DNA of 64,000 bases from Heteronotia binoei (GCF_032191835.1 NC_083237.1:806001-870000); one strand, 5' to 3'. Shown: positions 22,601-34,939, numbered from the stretch's first letter. Notes: generated from the sequence alone by a model not told the origin. Translations and numbers: made by a program.

Positions 22601-25600
22601 TCCCTGCAGCAATATTTTGAGTTCCTTGGTATCCTTTCTTCTTTTTCTGTCTGCAGTTTGCCACGGACCCCAGGAGTGACACTGTGTACCGCAAATATCT
22701 GTATGTACTGGCAACCCGAGAGCAGCCCATAGCCACAACGATGGGGCGCGGTGAGGCTGGAACGGCTGCCAGTAGCCGCCTCTGTGACTGCGTGGAGGTC
22801 TACCTGCAATCCAGCGGGCAGCGAGTGTTCAAGATGACTTTCCATTTCTCTATGAAGTTCAAGCAGATTGTGTTGGTGGGGCAGGAGACTGAGAGGTCCC
22901 TCTTACTTCTGACAGGTGAATTATTATAGAATCAGAGTTGGAAGGGACCTCCAGGGTCATCTAGTCCAATCCCCTGCACGACCCAGAAAATTCACAAATC
23001 CCTCCCCCTAAATTCACAGCAGCAGCATTCCTGTCAGATGTCCATCTAGCCTCTGTTTAAAAACCTCCAAAGGAGAGCCCACCACCTCCCAAGGAACCAC
23101 TGAGGAAATGCTCTGTCAAGAAGTTCTTCCTAATGTTGAGCCAAAACCTCTTTTGATTTAATTTCAACCAGTTGGTTCTGGTCTCACCTTCAGAGACCAT
23201 AGAAAGCAACTCTGCACCATCCTCTGTATGACAGCCCTTCAAGTACTTGAAGATGGTGATCATATCACTACTCAGTCTCCTCTCCAGGCTAAACATACCC
23301 AGCTCCCTCAGTCTTTCGTCATAAGACTTGGTCTCCAAACCCCTCACAATCTTCGCTCCCCTCCTCTGGACTGTTCCAGCTTGTCTATATACTTCTTAAA
23401 ATGTGGTGCCCCAAACTGAACACAATACTTCAGGTGAGGTCTAACCAGAGCAGAGTACAGCGATACCATCACATCACGTGATCTGGACGCTAGACTTCTG
23501 TTGAAATTGCATTGGCCTTTTTAGCTACCACATCACACTCCCACCTATTGTTCAATGTATGGTCAACTAACGAGTCCTAGGTCTTTTTCTTGCTTTAGCC
23601 CAGTTTTCCAGCCTGTCAAGGTCATCCTATATCCTGACTCTGTCTTCTACTGTATTTGCTATCCGTTGCAATTTAGTGTCATCTGAAAATTTAATAAGCA
23701 TTCCCTCTATTCCTTAATCCAAATAATGTATAAATATATTAAATTAAATATATATTAATTTATTATTAAATTAAACAGGTCCCAGGACAGATCCTTGTGA
23801 CACTTCACTTGTCACTCCTCTCCCAGAGGATGAGGAACCATTCACCAGCACTCTTTGGGTGCAATCTGTCAACCAGTTGCAGATCCAGCTAACGGTAATA
23901 GGATCCAAACCACATTTTACCAATTTTTCAACAAGAATATTATGTGGAACCTTATCAAAAGCCTTAATGAAATCCAGATGCAGTATGTCTACAGTAGTCC
24001 CCTGATCCAGCAAGGTAGTAACTTTCTCAAAATGAGATAAGGTTAGCCTGACATGGCTTGTTCTTGAGAAACCCGTGCTGGATGTTAGTAATCACAGCCA
24101 TCTTTTTTAAATGTAAGAGGAAAGAGAGAGACAGTGAATTACTGCACCTCATGGGCACAGGGTCAGCAAAGGTTTGGGACAGAGAGCAACCATGTCTTTA
24201 GATTTAACAAATGCCTTTTTACACCTCCACTGACTGTTCTCATTCCTGAAAGAACTTCTCTTCCAAGCAGACCATGCCTATTGCTCCCAGACCTCTTAAT
24301 CTCGTAATGTTACCAAATGGGACATGTACCATCATTTCTTCTGTCTACTATAGAGAGTCTTTCTACACAAGATAGCTCTGAAATGATTTGCAAGGAAAAC
24401 TACAAAGGAGCCTTTGCATGCTGTGCTCACGCAGTCCTTACAGAGGCAAATCTCTCTCCTCCCAGAAAGAAGCCCATGCCTGCTTGTTTGGTGCATGCGG
24501 ATGCAGCCTCACATTCTCCACCTTGTGGGGTGGATTGTTTCTCTGCAGAGGAAGGGAAGATCTACAGTCTGGTGGTGAATGAGACACAACTGGATCAGCC
24601 TCGCTCCTACACCGTGCAGCTGGCTCTGCGCAAAGTCTCCAAGTGCCTCCCCCACATCTCTATCCGCCACATGCATTCAAACCAGAGCAGTGCTCTCTTC
24701 CTCACAGGTAACTCTCTGCTCTGCTGGCAAGATCAGTCCCAGGCCAAAGGCAGACCCAGACTCTGCCCAGACCTCCTCTCCGTCTTGCATCTTGACCAGC
24801 ACTGCTGCCGCCACTGCTGATTCCCAGCTATTAAACTGCAGATGCTGCCTGGCACTTAAGAGCTGCATTGACCACAGCCAGCCGGTGAGGCAGTGATTAA
24901 AATGTCGGACTAGGATCTGGGAGACCCAGGACTGGATCCTCCTCCCTCTGCCAGGAAAGCCAACTGGGTGACCACAGACCAGCCCCACACTGGCAGCCTC
25001 ACCTACCCCACAGGGCAGCGGTGAGGATGAAACGGGAGGAGAGGGATGTAAACTACTTTGGGTCCCCAGGGAGAAGAAAAGCAGGATATAAATAAAATGA
25101 ATAAAAACGTTACCACCATCACACAAGGCAGTCAAGGGCTGAGAAATGGCCAGTGGGGACTGAGGGAGAAAAGCACAGGTGGAGCCAGAGGTTTGGGGAG
25201 AGGATGCTGGAGGGAACATCTTTGTAGAAGGAGGAGGAGAGAAGTGGCCGAATGAACACAGAATGAGAGGCTATTTCAGGCAAGATGCAGAGATGGAGAT
25301 GCAAGCAGGAGAGCAATCGTGGTGTGGGGAAAGCACAGAGCAATGATAGGTTCAGGCAGAGAGGAGGGAGGTCAGACACTGTGGAATGGAGTTTAAAAAA
25401 TGAGGTCTGGAAGCTTGACGTTGGTACACTAAGCATGGTAGAGGCCTATTCTGCTTTAAGCCAAGACTGCAGCAGAGAGGACCCTCCATACTAATTGGTG
25501 CCCCTTTTGTTTTGCCTCGGGGACACACACATTCTGCGCTGGGGGAGATGGTTCAGCCCGTGATCCTCTCTCCCCTCTTCAGATGAAGGTGCCGTGTACT

Positions 25601-27922
25601 TCGAGGTCCACTCGCCTGGTGTCTACCGTGATCTCTTTGGCACCCTCCATGCTTTTGACCCTCTGGATCAGCAGATGCCCTTGGCCCTCTCTCTTCCAGC
25701 AAAGGTAACACAAAGTGGGTCTGTGCCCCCACCCCAAGCTTTGGACAGCACTGGTGGAGGAAGTGGTACAAGACGGGTCTCTGGGATTTCAGTATCAGGA
25801 ACTAGGGGGCTGGTGGCTGGCCTCTGTCCCCATCCCCTTCCTGCCCTCTGGCCGCAGGCCACCCTCTCTCCTTGGGACTCCAGCATCCACGGCTGTCACA
25901 AGCAGTGGGCAGCTAGATAGTCCTTCTCTTTGCCTGACCACAGTGTAGGTTGTCCACACTGCTAGAGCAGATGACAAAACCAGGCCATCTGGCCTCCTTG
26001 TCCAAAGTCTGTAATGAAGGTTTGCAAGGGCTGGCATCCCCTCGTATTCCTGACTGCTCTCCCCTTGACTCTGAGGAGCTGCAGTCTGCAGTCCATGGGC
26101 AAATGCTCTTGAGGAGCCAGGTTTGGCATCAGCAGGAGGCTGTGAGGCTGAGTGGCTGCTAGCCCTGGTTCAAATCATGGCCCAGGATGCTCCACTCTTT
26201 CTGCCTTATCCAGTCATGCCCTCAGCCCTTTCTTTGCCTCACTTCTCCTTACCTCCAGGTGCTTACTTGTGCCCTTGGCTACAACCATCTGGGGCTGGTG
26301 GATGAGTTTGGGAGGATGTTCATGCAAGGAAATAACCGCTATGGCCAGCTTGGCACAGGAGACAAGATTGACCGTGGGGAGCCTGCACAGGTGAGATGCC
26401 AGGGGCGGAGAGCAGAGTGCCCAACTGAGATGCAGAGGGAAGGGGGAGCAGGCGGCCTATACGATGTGCAGAGAGGGGGAGCGGCAGACCGTCCAGTCCC
26501 CATTCTGTCTCCCGAGGGGTCAGCGGTCCTGGGAGCCAACACTGGTGAGCCTGGTCTGCCCAGTATCAGCCTCACTCCCTGCAACAGCATTAGGAGAACC
26601 CAAATGATTTTGAGCTCAGCCTGCTTTGGGCCAAGTCCGCCCCATTCTGTGGGCTGTGCAGCCACAGGTGAATATTCCTGAAGACATGAAATCATACAGA
26701 AAAAGAGTTGGAACACAATTCTGTCTTGAGTCATTCAGTCTGATTCAACCCTGCTAGTTGCAAGAAACTTCCCAGATACAGCTGGAGGGGAGGGGAAGAC
26801 TCTCTGCCCTGCTCAGACACCTTCTCTGTTCTCTTCCCATCCAGGTGCACTACCTGAAGTGCCCCATAGACTTGTGGTGTGGCCTCAACCATACGCTGGT
26901 GCTGAGCCACAGTGGAGACCTTGGGAAGGACCTCATGGGCTGTGGCTGTGGTGCTGGAGGGCGCCTTCCTGGGTGGCCAAAAGGCAGTGCCTCTTTTGTC
27001 CGGCTGCACCTCAAGGTGAGGGGCACCCCCTGTGGTGAGGGCAGGAGGGTGGCCACCAGGAGCATGGTGCAGGGACTCCTGCCCAAGGTAAGCATCCAAC
27101 ATGGGAGGCAGGCATTCCTGGGCAATCCTCATCATCTGAGCTTTGGTCCCCCTCCACCCCACAGCCAAGCTTTCTTTCTTTTGTGTTTGTTTGTTTTTCC
27201 AAAGAGCAACTTTCTAAAGTTAAAAGCAGAGTATTTCCTCTTTCAGGCCAAGAAGTTCCCAGCAGGTCTGAGTGAGCTTTCTCGTGGCTCAACAAAGGTT
27301 GAGGCATTCACTGAGTGCCTCCCTCACTCCCTCCTTATACCTTTTTCCAAAATGTTTTCTCTACTCACCACTGAATAGGAGAAAGATGACATAATTTGGC
27401 ATAGAACAAAAACTCCCCCAAACTGAGCAAGAAAAAGGGTCACCCGCTTTTTGCAAGGCATGCAGTGTTGCCTAAGGGACCCAGTGGATTGCATGCTGCT
27501 GAAGAGAATGTCTCGAATTCCCAGAAGCCCTTCTCCTTCTGGCACACGGAGCCTCTCCTGTGCTGCTCTCACCTGAGCTGTCCCTGCTGCAGGTGCCCCC
27601 CTGTGTCCGCCGCATCTGCTCCACCCGGGAGTGCCTCTACATGCTGTCCAGCCATGACGTTGAGGAAGTGCCCGCCTACCGAGAGCTGCCCGCCAGCAAG
27701 GCAGGACTGCTGCCTAGCGACACGGAAGCCATGGCTGCGCAGGCATGCGAGGAGTACCTGAGCCAGCTGCACAAGTGCCGGACGCTAGAGGGGCGCATGG
27801 CCAAAATGAAGGAAGCTGTGGGCAGCATGCCCCTCATGACATTCCAGAAAGACTTCTTCTGGGAGGCTTTGGACATGATTCAGCGGGCAGCTGAACTCCG
27901 AGGTTCCCCTCCTTCCAGCTAG
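19670..27922 (+). CDS. FBXO24: F-box only protein 24 (F-box plus RCC1-like repeats), spliced
   Basis: Exons 19670(or 19673)-19771, 20126-20315, 20606-20844, 22657-22915, 24549-24707, 25583-25704, 26259-26390, 26845-27015, 27593-27922; all GT-AG and phase-consistent. Peptides [54 protein letters not shown] and [11 protein letters not shown] match FBXO24. Confidence 0.95.
21635..21840 (+). mobile_element. tRNA(Ala)-headed SINE (family A)
   Basis: GCCTCAGTGGCAGA..GCTTGGCATGCAGAAGGTCCCAGGTTCAATCCCCAGCATCTCCA head. Confidence 0.8.
22927..24110 (-). mobile_element. CR1 LINE fragment (RT region and ORF2 C-terminus), degenerate
   Basis: [28 protein letters not shown] and [24 protein letters not shown]; 3' end GACCCTGGAGGTCCCTTCCAACTCTGATTCTA. 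Confidence 0.9.
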
Positions 27923-28023
27923 CTCACAGACCGTGGCTTCCCCCTTCCTCCTGTCCCTCCTCCCCTGTACACATCATGGATCGTGATTAAGAGATAGAGA
28001 AGACTTCACAGTGAACAATTGGG

Positions 28024-28033
28024 AATAAATAAA
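28024..28033 (+). terminator. FBXO24 polyadenylation signal (overlapping AATAAATAAA)
   Basis: Two overlapping AATAAA about 100 nt after the stop codon at 27922. Confidence 0.7.
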
Positions 28034-28867
28034 CCACAAGAACAGATCTAATGCTGCTTCCACTGGACCATGCTGGGGTAAGTGACAAGGAGCCGTCCCA
28101 GGCCATCCGGAGGACAGGGAATGGTTGGTGTGGGATGAGGGATGCCCTCCAGCAGCAGGCCTTCCCTTCCTGCCTCCTCATCTCTGGCCCACCTTCTCTA
28201 GAAGCCCTTCAGCCAGCTAGTTTCAGAGGGGAGCCCTGTTGGTCCGCTTGATTCAAGTCCAGGAGCGCTTCAGAGACCAGGAAGATTTGTGAAAGTCTGA
28301 GAAAGGGAGCTTTGATTCTTGAAAGCTTCTACCCTGTATTGGTCCGTCTCTCGGGTGCCAGTGGACTTGAATTCAGCTGTTCAGCCCGTCAGTTATGAAC
28401 AGTCAAGAGGCTACAGAGCCATCTCTGTTCCTCTCCCTGCCCCTACCCCAGTGAATGCGGGTTAGAGTGTCAGGCTAGGTTTGAATCCCCCACTCTGCCA
28501 TGGAGAATGGCTAGTGCCAATCACACCCTCTTAGCCCATCTTAGGATAAAATGGAAGGGAGGAGAATGATGTAAGCACTGGGGAGAAAGGCAGGATAGAA
28601 ATTAAATAAGAAATCTTTTACCAGCGGAGCGGCACACAGTCTGAGGAAGGGACAGCTGCGTGTCAGTTTTAGGGCACTGTGGGCACTGCTCAACGCGAAG
28701 CATGCTTTCTCAGCTTCAGAGGCCTGCCCCGCCACATCTCTAGTGGGGAGGACAAAGCCCTGCCAGAAATGCCCTCTGATCCCAGGACTAAGTCTGCCCA
28801 GTGCCCAAGGATCCTGGCAGGCGCTTCAGGATAGCCAGAAGCTTTGCTGCTGCAAAGTTCCCAACAT

Positions 28868-29140
28868 TCCTTAGGGTTTGTAGAATCTTTCGGGCTCAAG
28901 TGCCGTGTTCTACTGGAGAAAGTTTCCCTTCCAGACGTTTCGTTCTCAGCTGCGGAGAACATCCTCAGTGGCGTTGCAGCCGGAGCAGGCGCTCTGACCT
29001 TCTTGGCTGCTGTGCATTGAGTGGGGCCAGGGCTGCTGGAGAGCTGCTATTTGTAGGCTGGAGGGGGTGTGATGAAAGGGCAATTGGTTTGTGGATGTGC
29101 CCATTGTTTGGTGGGGCTTCATGGAAGGGTAGTGATAATT
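28868..29140 (-). mobile_element. Penelope-like element fragment
   Basis: Contains the CTGAGGA..CGAAACGTC motif typical of Penelope-like repeats; near-identical to 39230-39502. Confidence 0.7.
28931..28971 (-). ncRNA. Minimal type I hammerhead ribozyme motif (Penelope-associated)
   Basis: CCA-CUGAGGA-U-GUUCUC(cgcagcu)GAGAAC-GAAAC-GUC-UGG: intact core, 6-bp stem II, palindromic ACGU in place of stem III, 3-bp stem I. Confidence 0.7.
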
Positions 29141-30155
29141 CCCAACATTCCCTCTGGGAGGCAATGGAGAGAGAAAGAGAGTGGCCCAAAGGGAGATCAG
29201 GCACCCAACAGAACGGATGTGAAGGCAGCTGCAGGGCTGATCAGAGCAGCACTTGGAGAGTAATTAACGAGTGGAATTCACTGCCACAAGACAGGACCAC
29301 GTCTGCTGTCTTAGATGGCTGAGGAGGAGGAGGAAGAAGAGAAGAGAGGTCTGCCAAAGGATCTTAGTCATAATGGCCCAATAGATCCTCCATGTTCAGA
29401 GGCAGCGCACCTGCCTTCCTCACCCACTTGTAGGCTTTCCAGAGGAATCTGGTGGGTTGCTGTTCTGGCTTTCACTTACACCAAAATGTACCCCCAATCC
29501 AGACATGGTCAGGGGGTTTCCTCCTGTCTTTAGCCCCACCTATTAGCACAGTCACTCTGTTCTGCATTCTCCAGCAGAATGAGGAGCCTGGCTTGGCCTT
29601 TGCCGAACTCTGGAAGCTCAAGGACTTCTGGGAAAGAACATGGTCAGGTTTCCCTGCCCTAGACTAACTCTCATGCTCTTAGCTCAGCCCACCTTGAGAA
29701 GGAAGCCTTTTATGCATTCGTTCTGTGAGAGAAGCCAGGTCCAGTAAAACAGCTCCGCAGACTCACCTTAGGGGATGGGCCAAGGCATTGCATGCACAAG
29801 GTCTCTAGAGAGCAGGAGACCTCTCTGAGCCAGTCAGAGGAGACCATTGTGAGCAAGGGGGCGCAGGAGTCTGCCTCCGCATGAGGCCCCTGGGTATGTT
29901 TCTACCTGTCCCTCTTGGCTAATCTGCAGTGGCTGGAGGCGCACTGCCTTGGAACAGTGAGATCGTCTTTCTGGCTGTCATGGCTGGTAAATGCAGCTAG
30001 ACCCCACGACGACACATACACCTTGTTTTGTAAAGGTCCTGTTCTGCTAAGAGCCTGTGGCAATGAGTTCCACAGACTGACTTCCTTTCCTTCTTCCCTG
30101 ACCTGCTGCATGTTTTACTGGATATCCCTTGATTGTTGTGTGGATCTTTTTCTTT

Positions 30156-30157
<2 letters not shown>

Positions 30158-30195
<38 letters not shown>
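30158..30195. repeat. Compound (CT)n(CA)n microsatellite
   Basis: Directly visible. Confidence 0.9.
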
Positions 30196-32188
30196 AGAGC
30201 ACTACCCCTTCATGCCACAGCCTCCTCGAAAGAGGAGTCAGGCAGCACCTGCCATCCCTTCCAGCAGCAGCAGAGCTGCTCCCTCAGATGCCGGAAGCCC
30301 CCATGCATGACACTGGGGGGAGGGGGGAGGGGGGGCTCCTAGTTTTAAATATAAGCAGACGTTGTCTCCAGGGCACTTGGCCTTCTTCAGTTGTATAAGT
30401 TAAACTGAGCCCTCCATTACTTGAATGATCACATACAGAAAACTGACCATACTCAGAATGGAGCTCACACTAAGGTGTTCACCTGTGGAGTAAGTGGTAT
30501 CAAATGTTCCTGGGCCAAAACGTTTCCTTTGCCCGTGGACCTTCTTGGGTCCAGTCAGAAATGCTCCAGTGGAGGGCTCAGGTACAACTGGAGAAGAGCC
30601 AGCTGCCGGGGGGGGGGGGGAGGGGGGGAGGTGTAGGCATTCAAGAACCCCTCCCTACAGGCCATTGTCTGGACTCAGAAACACAGGCAGTCCCTTGCCA
30701 GGGAAGCCAGGTCCCCAGTGTAGAGGAGAGGTGAAGGAAGCTCTGGGGCTGCAGGAAAAGAGAGCCAGGCTCTCTCTTGGGACCCGCCAGGGCCAGGGCT
30801 CCCATTTGACCCCACCTCCCAGCCAGAAGCATCTGCTTTGAGCAATGAACCAAGAAGAGCTGGAATTGTGCCGGGCGTCTTCTTGGGGTCCTGATGCCAG
30901 GCCCTTGGCTTTGCCCTGGGGAATGGGAAGAAGAGCCCCGAGGTGCAGAAGAGTCACAGTCTGAGCCTACGCACTTGAAGGTCCTTAGACAGACAGGATA
31001 ACCCCAGCATTTGATGTCCCAGCCCAGCCTGAAAGAAGCCAAAAGTGATGCTGTCTTTGTCATTTTTTGAAAGAAGAGGGGGGCTGGACACAAGAGCAGG
31101 GCAGCCCTTCTGGACAGTGCCAGGCCACAGCACCCCCCGGGGACCCAAAAGCACTCCACACATGCTCAAAGGCAGACACTTCCTCGTGGACCGCCTGCGC
31201 CTCCACTTAAAGACAACAACAAATTGCACTGAGGAGCCAGGCTGCATGGGTGTGCAGGGAGGGAGCGGCAAGGGATGATCCGGTTTGCCCCGCCTGCTTG
31301 TCTTCCTCACCTCCAGCAGCTGTCACATGGCAGGACGCTGACCTCAATTTCCCTCTGGGGGAGGGGAGGGGAAATGTCCTTCTGGCCAAAGGGGCAGGGA
31401 AGAGGCCAGTCAAGTGGCCCTTTGGTGGGGTCGGTCCGGAGGTAACAGCAAGCACAAGTTTCCACTGGGGCTATTTTTACCGCAGCTCCCCCCTCCCCCA
31501 TCCCCTATTTTTATGCATTAAGCCCAACAACGCCATGTGTGCATGTATATATTTAGGAAGAATTAAAAACGACTGTGAGCCTGGGAATGATGCGGGGTGG
31601 GGGGGTGGGAAGGGGGCTGAGAGAGAGGCAGGGGCTTTGTCAGAAGACCTTTTAAAGAGAAGTCTAGAAGGAAGGATCGGGGAAGGGAAGCAGGACTGGG
31701 GAGGGGGTGGGGGAGAACTACCACAGTTGCTGCCGAGCCGAGTGGCCCCCTGGCCTGCTCGCAGTCTCCCAGAAGGCAGGCCAGCTCTTACTGCTGAGGA
31801 GCTGCCTCCCTCCCTCTGCTCGACCCCGTCGTCCTTCCCGGAAGCCCCTGCAGCCTGGCTCCGCAGTGGAACCTCCCTCCTCCCCCAGCACACAGCGTGC
31901 CTACCGAACCCAAATGGAAATCTAGCCTGGCTGCTTTCCCCACACAAGGCCCACGGATTTGCATGCTGGGAAATCAGCCCTGCCGCCGCAGTCTCCCTCT
32001 CCTTCCGCTCCCTGCTGGGACAGGGGCGCCGAGATCCTGGCCACCTCCTGGCTGCCTCGCCCACCAGGCCCTTGGCTGGGCAGGGAGCGCGTCGCCGTGT
32101 CATCCTCCTCCACTGCATGCAGCCCGCGTCCCCCTGCAAGGTCCGGGAGCAGCCGCGCTTCGCAGACCCGCAGTGCCCGCCGGCGCCC

Positions 32189-33247
32189 TCAGTCCCCCTT
32201 CCTGCGCTGGCTGCGCTGCTGCGTGGCGTAGGCCCGGGCGCCAAAGCAGCCGACGATGGTGGCCAGAAGCAGGAGCAAGCAGAGCATCACGCCGAAGGTG
32301 GAGAGGAAGGTGGGCGCTCTGGGCAGCGGCGGGGGGGCGGCGCCCAGCTCCCGGATCTCGCCGCGGATCATGTGGAGCTCGTCCAGGATGCTCATGAAGG
32401 TGCAGCAGTGGAACCACTGGTGGCTGTGGCCCCAGATGTCGAACTTGCCCGGGCTGAGGCGCTCGGGGATCTTGCTGACGTTGAAGAGCCCGGAGGCCAG
32501 CAGCCAGCAGCAGTGCCGCAGGAAGAAGCGCCCCGTGCCCTGGCCGCCGCCCACCCGCCACAGCTTGTGGAAGACCGGGATGGAGACCACGGCGAAGGGC
32601 AGCAGGAAGACGAGCGTGCGGATGAGGTAGCGGTGGCGCGGCCACTGGTGGCGGCTGCTGCAGCAGGCCAGGGTGCAGAAGAGGGCGACGAGGCACGCCG
32701 AGGGCACGTACAGGGCCTCGAACCAGCCGCCCAGCAGCGCCCCGAGCCCGCCGGCGCCCTCCCTGCCCAGCCAGGGGCCCGAGGAGAGGTTGGAGGCGCC
32801 GCCGGCGGGCGCCGGGTGGATGTAGTAGAAGTAGGCCAAGGAGGAGCCCACGGTGTAGGCGCTGATGGTGCCGTAGTCGATGTAGAAGCACACCTCGCGC
32901 ATGAGCAGCGACATGGAGTTGAAGAGGTGCGCCATGCTGCTGGCCACCAGCAGGCCGCCCACGCCCAGGCAGTAGCTCCACAGGGGGTAGTAGAAGGGCT
33001 CCAGCAGGCCCGCGCCCTCGCCCCAGAACTGCTCCGCCACGCGGAAGGCGAAGATGAAGACGGCCACGAAGTGCGTCCAGAAGTTGCCCGTCTCGTTGGT
33101 GGGCTGGAAGGCCGAGGCCAGGCACTGCGCGAAGGTGGAGCCCGGGCACCGGTAGCCGCTCAGGATGAAGCTCTCCGCCACGCTCGCCGGCACCTCGCTG
33201 GAGCGCAGCAGCAGCGCCCCCGCCGCCCGCCGGCCCGCCGCGCCCAT
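32189..33247 (-). CDS. Intronless PAQR9-like protein (progestin and adipoQ receptor family, membrane progestin receptor epsilon-like), 352 aa
   Basis: ATG at 33247 to stop at 32189 (353 codons). PAQR motifs FILSGYR..NETGNFWTH, SSMAH, YIDY, FNVSKIPERLSPGKFDIWGHSHQWFH; several hydrophobic segments. Closest to PAQR9, but the locus differs from that of PAQR9, so no symbol is assigned. Confidence 0.9.
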   Translation of the reverse strand: MGAAGRRAAGALLLRSSEVPASVAESFILSGYRCPGSTFAQCLASAFQPTNETGNFWTHFVAVFIFAFRVAEQFWGEGAGLLEPFYYPLWSYCLGVGGLLVASSMAHLFNSMSLLMREVCFYIDYGTISAYTVGSSLAYFYYIHPAPAGGASNLSSGPWLGREGAGGLGALLGGWFEALYVPSACLVALFCTLACCSSRHQWPRHRYLIRTLVFLLPFAVVSIPVFHKLWRVGGGQGTGRFFLRHCCWLLASGLFNVSKIPERLSPGKFDIWGHSHQWFHCCTFMSILDELHMIRGEIRELGAAPPPLPRAPTFLSTFGVMLCLLLLLATIVGCFGARAYATQQRSQRRKGD

Positions 33248-33696
33248 CCCCCGGCCTCCCAGCTGCCCGCGCTCTGCTTCGGCCTGCCCCGCCGCGAGGA
33301 GCAGGTGCCGCTGGGCTGGCGGGCGGGCGGGCGGGGCGCGGGAGAGCGCCGCTTCTGGCCGGGATGCTGCAGAAAAGCGGCCGCGGCCTCGGCGGGGGGG
33401 GGGGGGAGGGCAGGCTGCAGAGGATGCGCGGCTCCCCCCCCCTCCCTGCGCTCGCCTCAGCCCCGCCCCGCCCGCTGCAGGTGCGGCTTTGCGCGCCGGC
33501 TCAGCGCCCGCGCAGCACGAAGGCCCCGCCCAGCCCCGCCCCCAGCCCCCAAAGCCGCCCGCCCGAGAGCCCAGCGCGCCAGGCGGCGGCCCGGCCAGCC
33601 GGGGGGGGGGTGGGGAGGGTGCAGCGGGCAAAGGGCCGGAGCCCTGGCTGGAGAGGGGCCGCCCTTGCCGCTCCCGCCCCCCCCCCCCCCCGCTGA

Positions 33697-33706
33697 CTAT
33701 TTTTAG
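33697..33706 (-). promoter_or_regulatory. MEF2 consensus site (CTAAAAATAG) upstream of the PAQR9-like gene
   Basis: Exact YTA(A/T)4TAR match, an isolated AT patch in very GC-rich DNA about 450 nt upstream of the ATG. Confidence 0.45.
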
Positions 33707-34939
33707 GCACAGCCCGGCTGGAGAGGGGGGGAGGCGCAAGAAGGGCAGGCAGGCGCTCGCGCTCTGGCGATGGACGGGCCCACCTGCGCTCCCCTCCCCT
33801 CCCCTCCCCAGCCCCGCGGTCGCTTTGGGACAGCTGCGTGTGCCCCCCCCCCCTCGCCTCGCCTCCCCCCCAGGAGAGGAGCCGCCGGACGCGTGGCCCA
33901 GCCGCCGCCAGGGGGCGCGCGGCACCAACTCTCCCGAGGCCCCCCAGCCCCACTGCCGAGGGTCGCCACCGCTGAGCGGGAGGGGCCGCGGCTTTAGGTG
34001 GCCCAGGTGAGGCTGCTGGGACTGGGGGAGGCCTGGCCGGCCGGGATCAGGCGGCACCTGCGGTCATGTGCCGGAGGGCTGCAGGCAGCAGAGGCCTCGC
34101 GGGGACTGACTGGGGGTGGCGCCTGTGCTGCTGCTGGCTCCCTCCCTCGCAGGAGGACGCCCCCACACCTCTGCCGGCCACTCAAGGCGCCCCCTCCCCT
34201 GAGCACCAGTGCCCGCCCTCATGGCGCCCCACACCGACCCCCTGCCCTTGGGAACGGTGCGGAGGGCCCCGCTGGGAGGGACTCTTGCGGCCTGTCCATG
34301 GGGCGCGGGCAGGGGCTGCGCCTGGAGGCGCTTCTGGAGAGGGCTGGGCGGGGGGCGCGAACGCTGCTGCTGGAAGAGGGGAGGGGGCCAGAGGAACACG
34401 CAGCCCGAGGAAGCACCGGCCCATGGGACCCCCCCCCCGCAGCTTTGGCCAAGGCGCTTTGGGGAGGGGCCTGCAGGGCACACGAGGAGATCATTCGCAA
34501 GCCAGGCTGGGGGGCTCCCTCCACGGGGTTTACGGCAGCCCTCTCCTGCCCCCCGCCCGTCCCTCGGAAGGCCCCGGGACTCTCCCGCTCGCTCCAAGCG
34601 CCCTGGCGGGGACTTTCCTCGGGGACTGGCGCTGGGGAGAGGGGGGCAGCTTGGGCGGCAGAGGGGACCCGCGGAGACCCTTCCCCCGCCTCGGCGCCCC
34701 TCCGCTGCTTCCTCCTCGCCTGGGCCAGCCGGGGGCACCTCCTGCCATCAAGGGCCAAGCGGTGGCGCGGGAGGCACCCGGGGCTGCCCTGGACGAACCG
34801 CGGCGCGGCTGAGGATTGGCGTGTGCCAGCAGCAGCCTGGGGGCGTCCCGCCTTGGGGCCCGCTGGACGGAGCCCCCCTCCGGGCCCCCCCTGCAGCCCC
34901 GAGAGAGAGAGAGAGCGAGAGCGCGCTTCTTTTCCGCCT

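Noticed and set aside
31250-33706. 818-aa plus-strand ORF and other long overlapping ORFs at 32-41 kb
   Set aside because: Antisense or alternative-frame shadows of GC-rich coding DNA with few stop codons; low-complexity Ala/Gly/Pro/Arg translations with no recognisable domain.
33248-34057. 270-aa in-frame N-terminal extension of the PAQR9-like ORF
   Set aside because: Low-complexity, crosses G/C homopolymers and promoter-like motifs; similarity to PAQR9 starts just after the Met at 33247.
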